Translations under genes and position numbers: made by a program
Source of the DNA: Antedon mediterranea
Taxonomy: Eukaryota; Animalia; Echinodermata
DNA: 64,000 nt
Assembly: GCF_964355755.1 (NCBI RefSeq)
Contig: NC_092675.1
Span: 5,203,812 to 5,267,811 of the forward strand
Direction of reading: 5' to 3'
Part shown: positions 42,656 through 53,786 of the stretch, piece by piece
Layout: every line of letters starts with the position of its first letter
Numbering within the stretch: position 1 is the first letter of the stretch
The notes under the pieces: model-generated
What the model was told of the DNA's origin: nothing
Database searches by the model: none
What the model saw: only the letters and a program-made list of their open reading frames with translations

Positions 42656-44687
42656 ACCTAATATAAATTTATATTTCAATCAATTCAACATATCACTGAT
42701 GTTCATAATTTCTCTAAGGCGATGTCTTCTACTTTTCCACCGGGGTTATTAGCAAACCACATACGCGTGCCCAAACAACAAATTATCGATTACTTAATTG
42801 AGATTCGTAAAAGATCATTAGTAACGTCTTACGATCGACTTAATAAACATAAGTAAACCAAGCGTATTTAAAAAGTAACGCTTAGCACAACAGGCACACG
42901 CGAGAGCCGAACAAAGCCGCGCGGGACGGGGATGAATGCGTGCTGATCTGAGAAGAGGCAACCCGTACTTGTCTTTGTTATCACTGTTTGTGATTATAAC
43001 TGTTGCCATTCTGTTGAAAATATACAAATTTTACGAATGGACAAGTTTGCTTGGGGGCTGATGATGCGTTGTTTACATTTCGTCAACGGCAGAGGGTTCA
43101 GTTAATTGAAGCGGTGTGCGAATTAAATGTCTGAATGACCATGTCGAAAAGGTGTGGAAATGGGTTCATGCCCCCTTTGACTGGGATATCATCAGCCGTC
43201 AGTCCATCATTTGTAAATTCGTTTCTGGGTGTTAAGCTTTTGAAGAAACAGATGGATGTTGTGTTTTGTATCGACATGATTCGTGAAGGCGTTGAAAGTC
43301 CCCGTGACCAATCCTCAGATACCTCCTCATTAGAATATTTTCACTATCATTGAAAAGGCTTCAAAGATAATGTTCAACATGATTTAAATTAGGGGCTAAC
43401 ATACGATAGTAAATAATAAGAAATCATGTATTTGTTTAGCAGACAATTAACATTAAATTGATGTCAAAAGAAACCAAAAAATCTTACACAGGCACTATAA
43501 AACATCGGCCTATCACAACTCTCAGCTATAAGTAAACGTTCAAGCATGGATTCGGCCTAATACGCTTCAATCCATCGCTGTGTGAAATAGCTTAAGAGGG
43601 CACAACGTTTTTAACCGAGCCTTTATAGTAGTCTATTGTTTAGATTATCTTGTAAAAAAAAGAGTCTCACTACACTGTTACATTATGCTCTAGAAAACTC
43701 AATAAGACTGTCATGTCACTACATACATGTAAGGCTGACATTTAACAAGCTGATTCTAAAGTAAAATAAAGGTCTGAAACGTGACTACCCTTTTCCTTTG
43801 ACAGCATCAGTCAATGTTCGAATCGGACTTATCGGATTCACTCAAATTTGTCAAATAATAGATTCGACAGGCTTTGGAGAAATTAGGCCTAATGCACGTA
43901 CTAATGATGCAATAATCAAATACTACAATCAGTAACTGATTTATAAAGTACTACAGTAGGCCTATCGTCAAATATCTTCTAAGGTCATATTGATCATGGG
44001 AACGTCTGTGGAAGTCCGTATACCTTTTTTGAATATGTATTTTTATTGAATAGGCTTACTTTAAATATGCAAATATTTCCTAGCTTTAATCATAGTTCCA
44101 ACCTGTCATAATTAGGTTGAAGGCATGTTTTATAGCACATTTATAAATAAGAATATAGTTTTATATGTCTTTTTGCATTTACCTTTTGTATTTACTATAC
44201 CGTGTTGATGAGGCAATGTATAGGTAATATCACTTTGCTTTGAATAACTGTCAGTGCCTTTGTTTAACAATTTACATACTTCAACCGTGTTTAAGACACG
44301 GTTTTACGGCAGCGATACTTTAGTATAGTCACACAATACTTTATTTTTATAGACAATTCGTGCAAACTACTTTACCTATGTTGCCAATAATATGTCATCT
44401 ACAATAACACGTCGTTTTTTGTGCATGTTACTTAAGCTATGCGTTAAAAAGGGGAAGTGTACTGAAAAATGTGAAAACTGGTTATAGAGATTACGCCTTT
44501 TAGAGCCAGCGGAAGTTCAAAAGTATACGCATCATTCTGATAGTAATCTTGTTGGGGTTGATGATGTAAAGGAAAAAACAACTCGCATGTGAATCAGAAG
44601 ATGCCGGACACCACGTACCAAGTGAATGTGTATCATTTATCCAACTAAAATGAAGAAAAAGTAGGCTAATTGGCTTAAATTGTATTC

Positions 44688-44830
44688 TGTGTCTTTTATG
44701 TGACTTTGGGCTTGGGGTCAACCGGCTCAGCTACAGTGATTAAGTTCGCTTAGGTTGACCCTGGTTTCTCCAATTGCAGAGTTTTTTGTTATGTATATAT
44801 TGAAATAGACCGAATAAATAATGAAATGAA
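44688..44830 (+). repeat. Dispersed retroposon 3'-end fragment with (TGAAA)n tail; second copy at about 49898-50062
   Basis: tgactttggg(c/g)ttgggg(t)caaccggctcagctacagt...taggttgaccctggt...gaaatagacc...tgaaatgaa is shared by both copies. Confidence 0.75.
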
Positions 44831-45260
44831 ATTATTGATCAACGATTAACGTTGTGTTTGTATTACTTTATGTTGAAGGTTTTCCACTATACGATGTTCC
44901 TTCAAATTTACAGAGCAATATCATTGCTTACACAGCAAAACAGAACATAACTTTTATTTGAAAGAGACAAGAACAGATATCAGCTAGTAAAAATTACAAA
45001 AATATGGATATTTGATATAGTTTCCATCTTGCCAAAAAATGATTTTTTGGCCTACTGCTTTATAATTAAAATTAATTGTACTTTATAAGTTGCCTGCCAA
45101 ACTTCAATTTTGTAATACTTCAGAAGGTTTTTGTGGATAACATTGGTTTTATCGTAAGCCTAAATTAAAACTTTACCACACGCAAATGCTTGAATTTACC
45201 AAGGGACATAATCACTCCTTTACTCCACCAGGGTCCGAATATAGTTACACGGTTAATTGT

Positions 45261-45432
45261 GGTTCCCACTAGCGACGCAACAGAAGGACGTAACGCAACG
45301 CAAGTGAATTGACCAATCATAAGCGATGGCTTATTCGCTTGTGATTGCTAACTGTCTATAACTTCGCTTGTCATTGGTTAAAACGCTTGCGTTGAGTTTA
45401 CGTCGTCCTTGCGTTACGTTCTAGTGGGAACC
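45261..45432. mobile_element. Palindromic MITE (TIR ggttcccactag)
   Basis: ggttcccactag...ctagtgggaacc with internal gaccaatca/cattggtt symmetry. A degenerate relative lies at about 24018-24137. Confidence 0.75.
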
Positions 45433-45963
45433 AATCTTTACACACCCACATTTAATACAGTTCAAGCTCACGAACCATTAATTACTGCTGAACAACCGCC
45501 AAATGCAATTTTTATCGAATAAAAAACAGCTCTAACCTTCACGCAATTAGTTTCCAAATGTCAAATTTACATTTTGATAGCTTACGATATTTAATTGTTT
45601 TTAAAGATTGTGTGGGTTATGAAAAAAAACTAATCATTCTATAGATAGATAGTGAAATATCAAGACAACGTCATCAATCATGTTGTAAGTGTGAGCTGTT
45701 GTGTGTAATGAGTTACTACAGTATATGAATTGTTCTCAAACTATGCGATATGATTTTAATAACATGAACAGTCGTACCATGTCTTATAAAAGCCGGAATT
45801 CACGTTTTTAATTGTTTTAAACACACGGCCAAGCCCTAGACGGGGGATACCCACATTAAGGGCACACTTTAATGATAGGAAATCTACTGTGTACAGCACT
45901 TAATATTAACCTTCATAGGAAACAAACTGTTTCAGTAAGTTAGGCCTACTTAATATAAAGTGT

Positions 45964-46765
45964 ATGCAAGTTGTACGGTTGATTTCTGAAATTTCTGAAA
46001 ATTGGTTTCTACATAATTGTTTCCCCAATATCAATTTAGTTCAATCAATGTAAGTTGTACGGTTGCTTTCTGACATCATCTTACATATCGAACTATGGTA
46101 TCTACATAGATGTTTCCCCAATATCAATTTAGTTCAATCAATGTAAGTTGTACGGTTGCTTTCTGACATCATCTTTCATATCGAACTATGGTATCTATAG
46201 ATGTTTCCCCAATATCAATTTAGTTCAATCAATGTAAGTTGTACGGTTGCTTTCTGACATCATCTTACATATCGAACTATGGTATCTATAGATGTTTCCC
46301 CAATATCAATTTAGTTCAATCAATGTAAGTTGTACGGTTGCTTTCTGACATCATCTTACATATCGAACTATGGTATCTACATAGATGTTTCCCCAATATC
46401 AATTTAGTTCAATCAATGTAAGTTGTACGGTTGCTTTCTGACATCATCTTACATATCGAACTATGGTATCTATAGATGTTTCCCCAATATCAATTTAGTT
46501 CAATCAATGTAAGTTGTACGGTTGCTTTCTGACATCATCTTACATATCGAACTATGGTATCTATAGAGGTTTCCCCAATATCAATTTAGTTCAATCAATG
46601 TAAGTTGTACGGTTGCTTTCTGACATCATCTTACATATCGAACTATGGTATCTATAGATGTTTCCCCAACATCAATTTAGTTCAATCAATGTAAGTTGTA
46701 AGGTTGCTTCTGTTACATATCGAACTATGGTATCTATATAACTGTTTCCCCAACATCAATTCAGT
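45964..46765. repeat. Tandem repeat, 91/93-bp unit, about 9 copies
   Basis: Unit atgtaagttgtacggttgctttctgacatcatcttacatatcgaactatggtatcta(ca)tagatgtttccccaatatcaatttagttcaatca. Copies start at 46048, 46141, 46232, 46323 and onward. Confidence 0.97.
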
Positions 46766-48595
46766 TTTTGACACGTTGTTTACTTAGATCACATAACAAT
46801 TAATATTTGTTAAATGTTAGTTTACAAAGTACCTTGAGAAATCGAATATGTTTAATTGCCCTTACCCGATATCTTACTATTCACACACAAGTATTTTCAA
46901 ATACTGTAAAATGTTTTTCTACTTTGTATTAACCTTTGAACTTAAATATTGTGAAATATATAAACTTATTATTAATATTATTTCGCTTTTAATAGTATTC
47001 ACTGCGATATATATTATAAGGTGGCGCTATAAGCATTTCATGCAACCTGATACTATGTAAAGTACAGTTATAGAGGTTGAAATATTAAGTTCCCGAGCGT
47101 ACTTAAAGCTCAGGTACAGGCATGCAATTTAAATATAATATCTGGTTAATTGTACATAAATCAAATATTTGTAATAGAAATCAAGACGAAAAAACATAAA
47201 TTTCCCTTAAAATGGATATACAAATACAAAATTTGGCAAAATTCTGCTATAAAAACCAGGAAGACTTTTTCAGTAGTTAGGTAGTTTTATCTAGTGTAAT
47301 AACATGTTTAGTGACTCCCTAGAAGGTGAAACAAGATGGTGGATATACGGTGGATACTTTTTCTATAGCATGAAAATAAAACTCTGAAGTTGAATAAAAA
47401 TACTAGAAACGTAAAATTCAAGTTATATTACCTATATTTAGTCATCTGATAACATTTTTTACCACACCGTTTATTTATTTTTTTTTTTAAATGCCTCCCT
47501 ATTTACAACATTTGTGTACAAAAGAATAGAGATTTTACTGTGATATTTGAACTATCCCCCCAATTTTCCGTTATGTAACACACAAACATGTCAATATACA
47601 TTAGCAATTAAGTGATATTACACAAATTGACATAAAAACGTACTATATTCTCTATAGAAGAGAAGATCCAATGAATAAATTCAGATAAAAAAAACTAAAA
47701 AAAAAAAAACTCCAACGTTTGCGACAAATATAAGTTTCGAACCCAGAATATACAGATTTCGACCCTGACACCATACCTGCATATGAATACAACATTTTAG
47801 GCAATATACATGGCTGCAGTCGCGTGCTCAAGTTAGTGTTTACCGACCGACCGACCGACCAACCGACGGACATAGAGAGCTGTTGCACGCGACTAAAAGG
47901 TACAAACCTCAAACACAAGGATAATGAAACATACCACTGTATAGTATAATATGTAGTTTTATTCCTCTAAATTAAAGATATTTTAGAAGATTGAAATCTT
48001 TGTATTTATTTTTAATATAATTTACATGAAAAAACAGTTTCTTGGAGTTTAGTACAGTATATACTTGGATTAGGTTTACATAATCATACTGTGTATCAGC
48101 AACATAGGAATTTTCCAGCCTTTTCAACTCCATAATAATTATCATAAAGTCGGCAGAGGATGGGTTCCAGCACTGGTCTTGTTCTATGTGTTTGTGAGTT
48201 TAATCGTGGTACTGCACTTGCTCTATGAATCCATGAGTTTTGCTCTATACCTATCTATTCACATACAGTATCAATCAATTAATTTTACTGTAAATTTGTC
48301 AATAGAAATTTTGTTCTTATCCAATTGTAATAAACGTACCGTAAAATAATCAGAAAGAAAAGATAAAAAAGGAAAATGTAACATGCATTATCGGTCTTCA
48401 AATAGAATGATACATTTTCTTTATTGTAGGAATGTAATTATACAAAAAGCATAGAAAACATGCTAATAAATATTCTGTATTGTGAGTTAATTTAGATTAA
48501 ACAGAATTACGAAACATGTATAATAACTCTTGTAAAAAAATTAGTACACTGTACACATAATAGTATTGTATTAACACTATCCAGTTCATTTGACC

Positions 48596-48678
48596 TCAAC
48601 CGTTTGTTGGTACATCAATAGCAGTCTTTAACTCCTGTAAGACCTCATCAAATGATGACTCCAGAGCTAGTAACATAC
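48596..48678 (-). CDS. LAMTOR3: LAMTOR3 last exon (MLLALESSFDEVLQELKTAIDVPTNG*)
   Basis: ttcaacag|GT, phase 1 compatible, 83 nt ending in TGA. Human: LIVSLEKELAPLFEELRQVVEVS. Confidence 0.9.
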
Positions 48679-48914
48679 CTGTTGAAAAAAGGGGGCATTA
48701 AGAAATTTAAACGTAACCAAATGACTGACTGTGTTAAGCTCTGCCTACACTATCAAACTATATAAGAGAGGCCTTCAATTAACTTTAAAAAAGTCAAAAT
48801 GAGGTACAGACAATCGACCTTGTTCACATTTAGTCCAGGTGTGAAATATTGTGAAGAGATGAACTGAGTAAAATGATTGATATTTCGTGAGATTTTATTG
48901 GCCAAGCGGACTTG

Positions 48915-49435
48915 TTATACCTCCGCCAAGGAGGTATTACAAGATCTTTACTAAAATGAATATACAGATAAATATGTGGTCAAGGACCATTCTATTAAAT
49001 TTTAGGACCATTTGGGACCATGGTCCCAATTCTGGACCACTTTTTAGTATAATTTTCAGACCTGCTAGTGTTAAAAGATATGACTTCAAAACTTCATTTT
49101 TGTACAAGAGGCAAGAGTTAGAATTTGTGATTTGTAATTTTAAAACATAATTTGATTTAATGTGCACGTTTTTTAATGCGAGTAGTTTAAAAAACACATT
49201 TCTTTTCAAATTCACTCGTTTGATTTTCGCGTTGCTGTTCTATTGTTAGTCAATTGAAGCTATTGTTAATTGAAAGGCTTGTTACATAACCATTACACCA
49301 AACTCGCATACACATGCTTGTAGTGAAATTAGCCTCAATCACTAACAGCATTAAGACACACACACAAATATATATTTATATATATATATTTTTACAGTAG
49401 GCGGAGGTATGCACTCTTGGAGTGGCTTTCTAGTT
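48915..49435. mobile_element. Non-autonomous Helentron/HINE-like element in the last LAMTOR3 intron
   Basis: Starts ttatacctccgccaaggaggt and ends ggcggaggtatgcactcttggagtggctttctagtt: subterminal inverted repeat acctccgcc/ggcggaggt plus a 3' hairpin. Confidence 0.65.
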
Positions 49436-50450
49436 ACACATAGTGCAACGCATAAATAACCTCATATTAGTATAAACAGTGTATATTGACATGTTTATTC
49501 AAACTACATATTTTCATATATTTTATCATGCCCTGGTGTATAGCTAAAAGGTAGAAAAAATTGCAATTCCCATAGTCAAATTTCAGTTGATTCTTTCATG
49601 TATTTTTGTTAGTGTGTTGGGTATTCCCTTTAGAGTGTCTGCTTGCTTTTATTAGTACCAGCCGAATAATGTGGAACACTCATGTGGGACACATTGGTAA
49701 ATCCTGCACAAATAAAGTACATTAACAGACATTCAATGTTACATAACATTTTTTTTTTTCAAATTTTATACTACAATAGCCATCAGGTTGTCTGGGACCA
49801 GCTTTCCAGACCGTTGGCAGATGCTGCAGTCCTAGAAAGCCTAGAAGCTTTCATTAGAAAAGTTCACATTCAATTTGATTCGCTTTAACTGTTTTTTGTC
49901 TTTATGTCTTTTATGTGTAAACTGACTTTGGGGTTGGGGCAACCGGCTCAGCTACAGTAATTAAGTTTCACTTAGGTTGACCCTGGTCTCCCCAATTTCA
50001 TTTTTTGTTTTTTATGTATATACTGTACTGAAATAGACCAAATCAAAAATGAAATGAATGAAAGTGGCAGATTCTGTACACAGAATAACAAAAATAATAT
50101 AACTGGGCATGTTTCTAAAAATTCTAAAATGTTAATTAATTAATTATTCACACAACAGTAATCTATTATGGCGTGTGCTGACTACATGTCATATTACCCA
50201 CAATGCAGTTAAGGATTGACCTATATGTTATGTAGGAAATGTTGACAGGTTTATTTAATTATCATATGGAGTGAACATTAATATCTTTTGTTGTTGGTTT
50301 CTGCAAATTTTTGTAATTAAATTTTTCCTATAAAAACATTTATTATAGTTGTAACTTTCATAACTGTTAATTTGGTCCACAATAAGCAAGAGTATATTGT
50401 ATATTGGCCTATATAAGATTAATTTTGAGGTGGAACCACACAAGTGAATA

Positions 50451-50636
50451 CAGTCAACTCTCCCAATACCGGACACCTTTGGGCCGGCCAAATAAGTCTG
50501 GTTTTCTGGAAAGTCTGGTATTCGGAATGTGTTTTTAATGGTAAATATAAATTTGGGACCATTTGGTCCTAAAAAAAAGTCTGGTATTGGGAGAGTTTCT
50601 GGTTTTCAGAGAGTCCGGTATTGGGAGAGTTGACTG
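50451..50636. mobile_element. Tc1/mariner-type MITE in a LAMTOR3 intron
   Basis: TA|CAGTCAACTCTCCCAATACCGGAC ... GTCCGGTATTGGGAGAGTTGACTG|TA: perfect 24-bp TIRs with a TA duplication. Confidence 0.9.
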
Positions 50637-51016
50637 TATCTCTATAGACAACCCAGTTATATAAAAACAATGTTTTTTCCATATCCTTAATTAAACATTA
50701 AAAAAAAGTAGTTATCCATTCCATGTTCCTGAAATTGATAGACAATACAGGTTGCATGGGTCTCAAATTGACCTACCCTACATAATTCTTTCTCAATAAA
50801 TTGGTATTTAGTACTGCATTCAATGGTTTACTGCCCAATTGGGCCCTGTCCAAAAAAGTCCATAAATGAGAATTTGACATGACTTATATATATAACACAT
50901 TCAAAAGTACAATTTTGTTCTATAAACTTTCTTTCTACAGTATACTGCATACTGTAAATCACAAGTGATATGTTTTAAACCAATACATGGATTACACAAA
51001 CCAACAGTGGAGTTGG

Positions 51017-51249
51017 TAGTCTACGATGCCAGCTTACCTGGATAAACCAACAATAGCCCTTTCTCCTCGAAGAGCGAGATATACCTTGAAAAGTAGAAAT
51101 TTTCATTGAACACCCCTTTCCACAAATGGTATACTCCATGAACTATGCCCTCAGGTGGGAGCCTCACCACAAGCCACCATCATCATTTCTTTTCAAGGAG
51201 AAAGGGCTATTGTCGGTTTATCCAGGTAAGCTAGGCACAAAACAGACTA
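51017..51249. mobile_element. MITE / fold-back element in a LAMTOR3 intron
   Basis: agcttacctggataaaccaacaatagccctttctcct (from 51031) pairs with aggagaaagggctattgtcggtttatccaggtaagct (to 51232). Pairing extends imperfectly to tagtct/agacta. Confidence 0.8.
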
Positions 51250-51711
51250 AGATTTTATTTCTTTTTGTTGATCCACTTGTATCATGTAGGATTCATATAA
51301 TTTAGCTGTTTCAAAATTATTCTTATAAATAAGCCAAATGTAAGTTAAATAAGTCAAATGTTCCTGAACATTAAGAGGTGATGTATTGTTAAATTGAGAC
51401 CTTTAGCTAAAATTGCTTCCTCTAAAGAGATTTAAAAACAGTTATTGGCAAACAACATTTTTTGTTTACCTTATTTTCTTTTATTTTTACAATTATTTTA
51501 AAATAAAAGCAATGTTATTTTACTCCGTAGCATTGTTAATATTATACTGATACGGGGCTCACAACTTAAAGTTCAATAAACTTACCGTGACATCCTTCCA
51601 CCCATATATTATACACTGTATACGTATCTTTGTTTAAATGCATTTAAATGTGTGGAAAATAAACGAAACGAAACATTTAAGGAATTGTTTCCAAAAAAGA
51701 ATTAAACTCAC

Positions 51712-51775
51712 CACAATTTGCATCTAACCTTGCTATTAATGTGATTACAATGGGAAGCTTGTTGAACATTATGAC
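51712..51775 (-). CDS. LAMTOR3: LAMTOR3 exon 5 (VIMFNKLPIVITLIARLDANCG)
   Basis: tttcag|...G|gtgagt, 64 nt. Human: VVQFNRLPLVVSFIASSSANTG. Confidence 0.94.
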
Positions 51776-52358
51776 CTGAAAAAGGAGCAAATCAAATCAA
51801 TGCTTACATGTCAAAACAGGTGTTCTGGGCTTGTACAGTATCTCATTAAACAAAGCCAGCTGTAAGTTTTATCAAGAACAAGCAAATAAAGAATGTTATT
51901 AGAGTTAGTCATTCTATGACATGCTTAAGTTGATTTGAATCATATCTAAGTTACATCCACCGTATTTCATCAGTTGACTATATATCTATGTTGTTAACTT
52001 TGATTTAACTCTAATGTATCCGATTTATACCCATCAGGGAATTATCAAATTTTAATTTTCGCAAAGAAGCACAGTTAATGTGACAACAAAGCATGTTTAA
52101 TTAAAGCTACAATGCCAGGATAATTATTCCTGCTCTACAATTTAAAAATATAGTTGGGAAATGAAATAAATAAATAAATAAGTGCATTTGTTCACTGCAC
52201 AAAAGAATTTAAATCTTTTGCTGCTGTTTGTTCAGGTCTATTAATACAGTAAGTAAGTACAAAGTATTGAGTACAGTATACAGTTAAAGTAACTTTTAAA
52301 AATACACTATACCAGACATTTTGGGCCGGCCAGCCCAAGGATTTGAATTACTACTTAC

Positions 52359-52492
52359 CTGGTGATTTTGGTATGTACTTATGATTGTTGTATTTTTGCC
52401 TAGACCTAGCTTGCTTGCTTGTCCACTAGCCAAACCAAATGTAGACAAGAAGCTTGGTCGCAGTGCCAGTTCTGGTGTACTTTCATATGCAA
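52359..52492 (-). CDS. LAMTOR3: LAMTOR3 exon 4 (VAYESTPELALRPSFLSTFGLASGQASKLGLGKNTTIISTYQNHQ)
   Basis: ttttag|...CAG|gtaagt, 134 nt. Human: VANDNAPEHALRPGFLSTFALATDQGSKLGLSKNKSIICYYNTYQ. Confidence 0.96.
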
Positions 52493-52602
52493 CTAAAAGG
52501 AGAAAAAAGGTACTTGGTATAGTGAATGAGCAGTTCGGGAGTTGCATTTGGTAGCAAAAGGGTGAATTCTGATTGTCATTAACATCAAAATAAAGTTTAT
52601 AC

Positions 52603-52661
52603 CTTTAAGAACTGGAACACCATCTCCATCTGAAACAACTATGGCATCAAGGCCATCCACT
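52603..52661 (-). CDS. LAMTOR3: LAMTOR3 exon 3 (VDGLDAIVVSDGDGVPVLK)
   Basis: ttatag|...|gtataa, 59 nt. Human: VEGLHAIVVSDRDGVPVIK. Confidence 0.95.
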
Positions 52662-52791
52662 CTATAAAATTTAAAGAATATTTCAATAGAATGTAAATAC
52701 TTAAATAATCAGTATCATGAGTAAAGGATAAGAGTTGTTGCTACATAGAAAATAATGAGAACAAAATATGCCCTTTCGAAGTTTTACTTAC

Positions 52792-52826
52792 GTCTCCATG
52801 AGCATATGAAAATATTTTTTAATTTC
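52792..52826 (-). CDS. LAMTOR3: LAMTOR3 exon 2 (EIKKYFHMLMET)
   Basis: tacag|GAA...AC|gtaagt, 35 nt. Aligns with human DLKRFLYKKLPS. Confidence 0.88.
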
Positions 52827-53123
52827 CTGTAATACAATCGAAATTAATAAATTATAAATGCTAATTTAATTATACTGTATGCACAATGTATATAAAAATA
52901 TACTATAATGAGTAGGCATGTATATTGCAATAATGTTGTTCTCACACCATTATGTTTATAAAGAATGACTGATGATATTTTCTTTCATCAATACTAATAG
53001 GCCCTAGTAATAGGCCTATCTATTTACATTATAAACGTCAATATTAATTAAATTATTATTATTATTAATGATGTAATTTGTATTGTAACAAATATTTTTT
53101 TAGATAAATAAAGTATGACTTAC

Positions 53124-53135
53124 TTGAGACATCAT
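53124..53135 (-). CDS. LAMTOR3: Ragulator complex protein LAMTOR3 (MP1), coding micro-exon 1 (M)MSQ
   Basis: Minus strand reads ATG ATG TCT CAA|gtaagt. Phase 0 fits the next exon. Start is at 53135 or 53132. Confidence 0.75.
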
Positions 53136-53632
53136 TCAACTTTGTTTGAATGTGTATATATAAACGATCACAATAACAAAGGCAAACGTTGAATCACACT
53201 AGGCCTAGTGGTAGATAGATTTCCAAACCAACCGAGGCCAGGGCCTGTCCCAACCCAACCAGAAGGCAAAAGTAAAGGCGAGTTAGGCCTAGCCTAGGCC
53301 TAGCTAGTAGGATTGGATTTATAAATAGGCCTAGCCTAGCTAGTAAGTTGATACCAATGTATGGCTCTTCAACGTGATATAGGCTAACTACTTTAATGTT
53401 AATTGTTTAATACAAATAAATTTTAGACACAAAGGATGAGTACTGAATGAAGAAATAACGTCTCGTGAATTTACGAAGGTACGTGTTTACGAATCTCGTG
53501 ACAAATAAAAAATATAGGCTCTATCCAATCGTCAGAAAGTTAAAAGAACTGCCCATTTACGTAACACCCAATGTAACGACTAGATTTACCAACGTTGGTG
53601 GTGCTTTAACAACAACAACAAAAATGGCGTCA
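53136..53632. promoter_or_regulatory. Putative bidirectional promoter between LAMTOR3 (-) and RUFY (+)
   Basis: Divergent ATGs about 490 bp apart. CpGs are retained locally. CCAAT at about 53525 and 53568, ATTGG at about 53312, and a YY1-type AAAATGGCG overlapping the RUFY start. Confidence 0.65.
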
Positions 53633-53786
53633 AGCATGAATGAAATGAATTTGAAGCAAAAAACTCTCATGAGACTAGCTTCTGGTGATGATAACCCAAG
53701 TAATGAAAATGACGAGGGTCTGGCATGGCCACAGGCTACTATTGCGAAAAAAGTAGAACCACAGAAGCTTGTATCAAAGAGAAGAG
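53624..53786 (+). CDS. RUFY2: RUN and FYVE domain protein (RUFY1/2/3 family), putative first exon 1a
   Basis: aaaATGGCG start in a CpG-containing promoter region. Open frame MASSMNEMN...KLVSKRR. Strong donor AG|gtaaga in phase 1, compatible with the exon at 60675. Confidence 0.75.

Noticed and set aside
45964-46765. CRISPR-like regular array
   Set aside because: The units are fully repeated with no unique spacers, the context is eukaryotic, and there are no cas genes.
51031-51045. U1 snRNA 5' end (cttacctgg)
   Set aside because: The downstream sequence does not follow U1, and the motif is one arm of a terminal inverted repeat.
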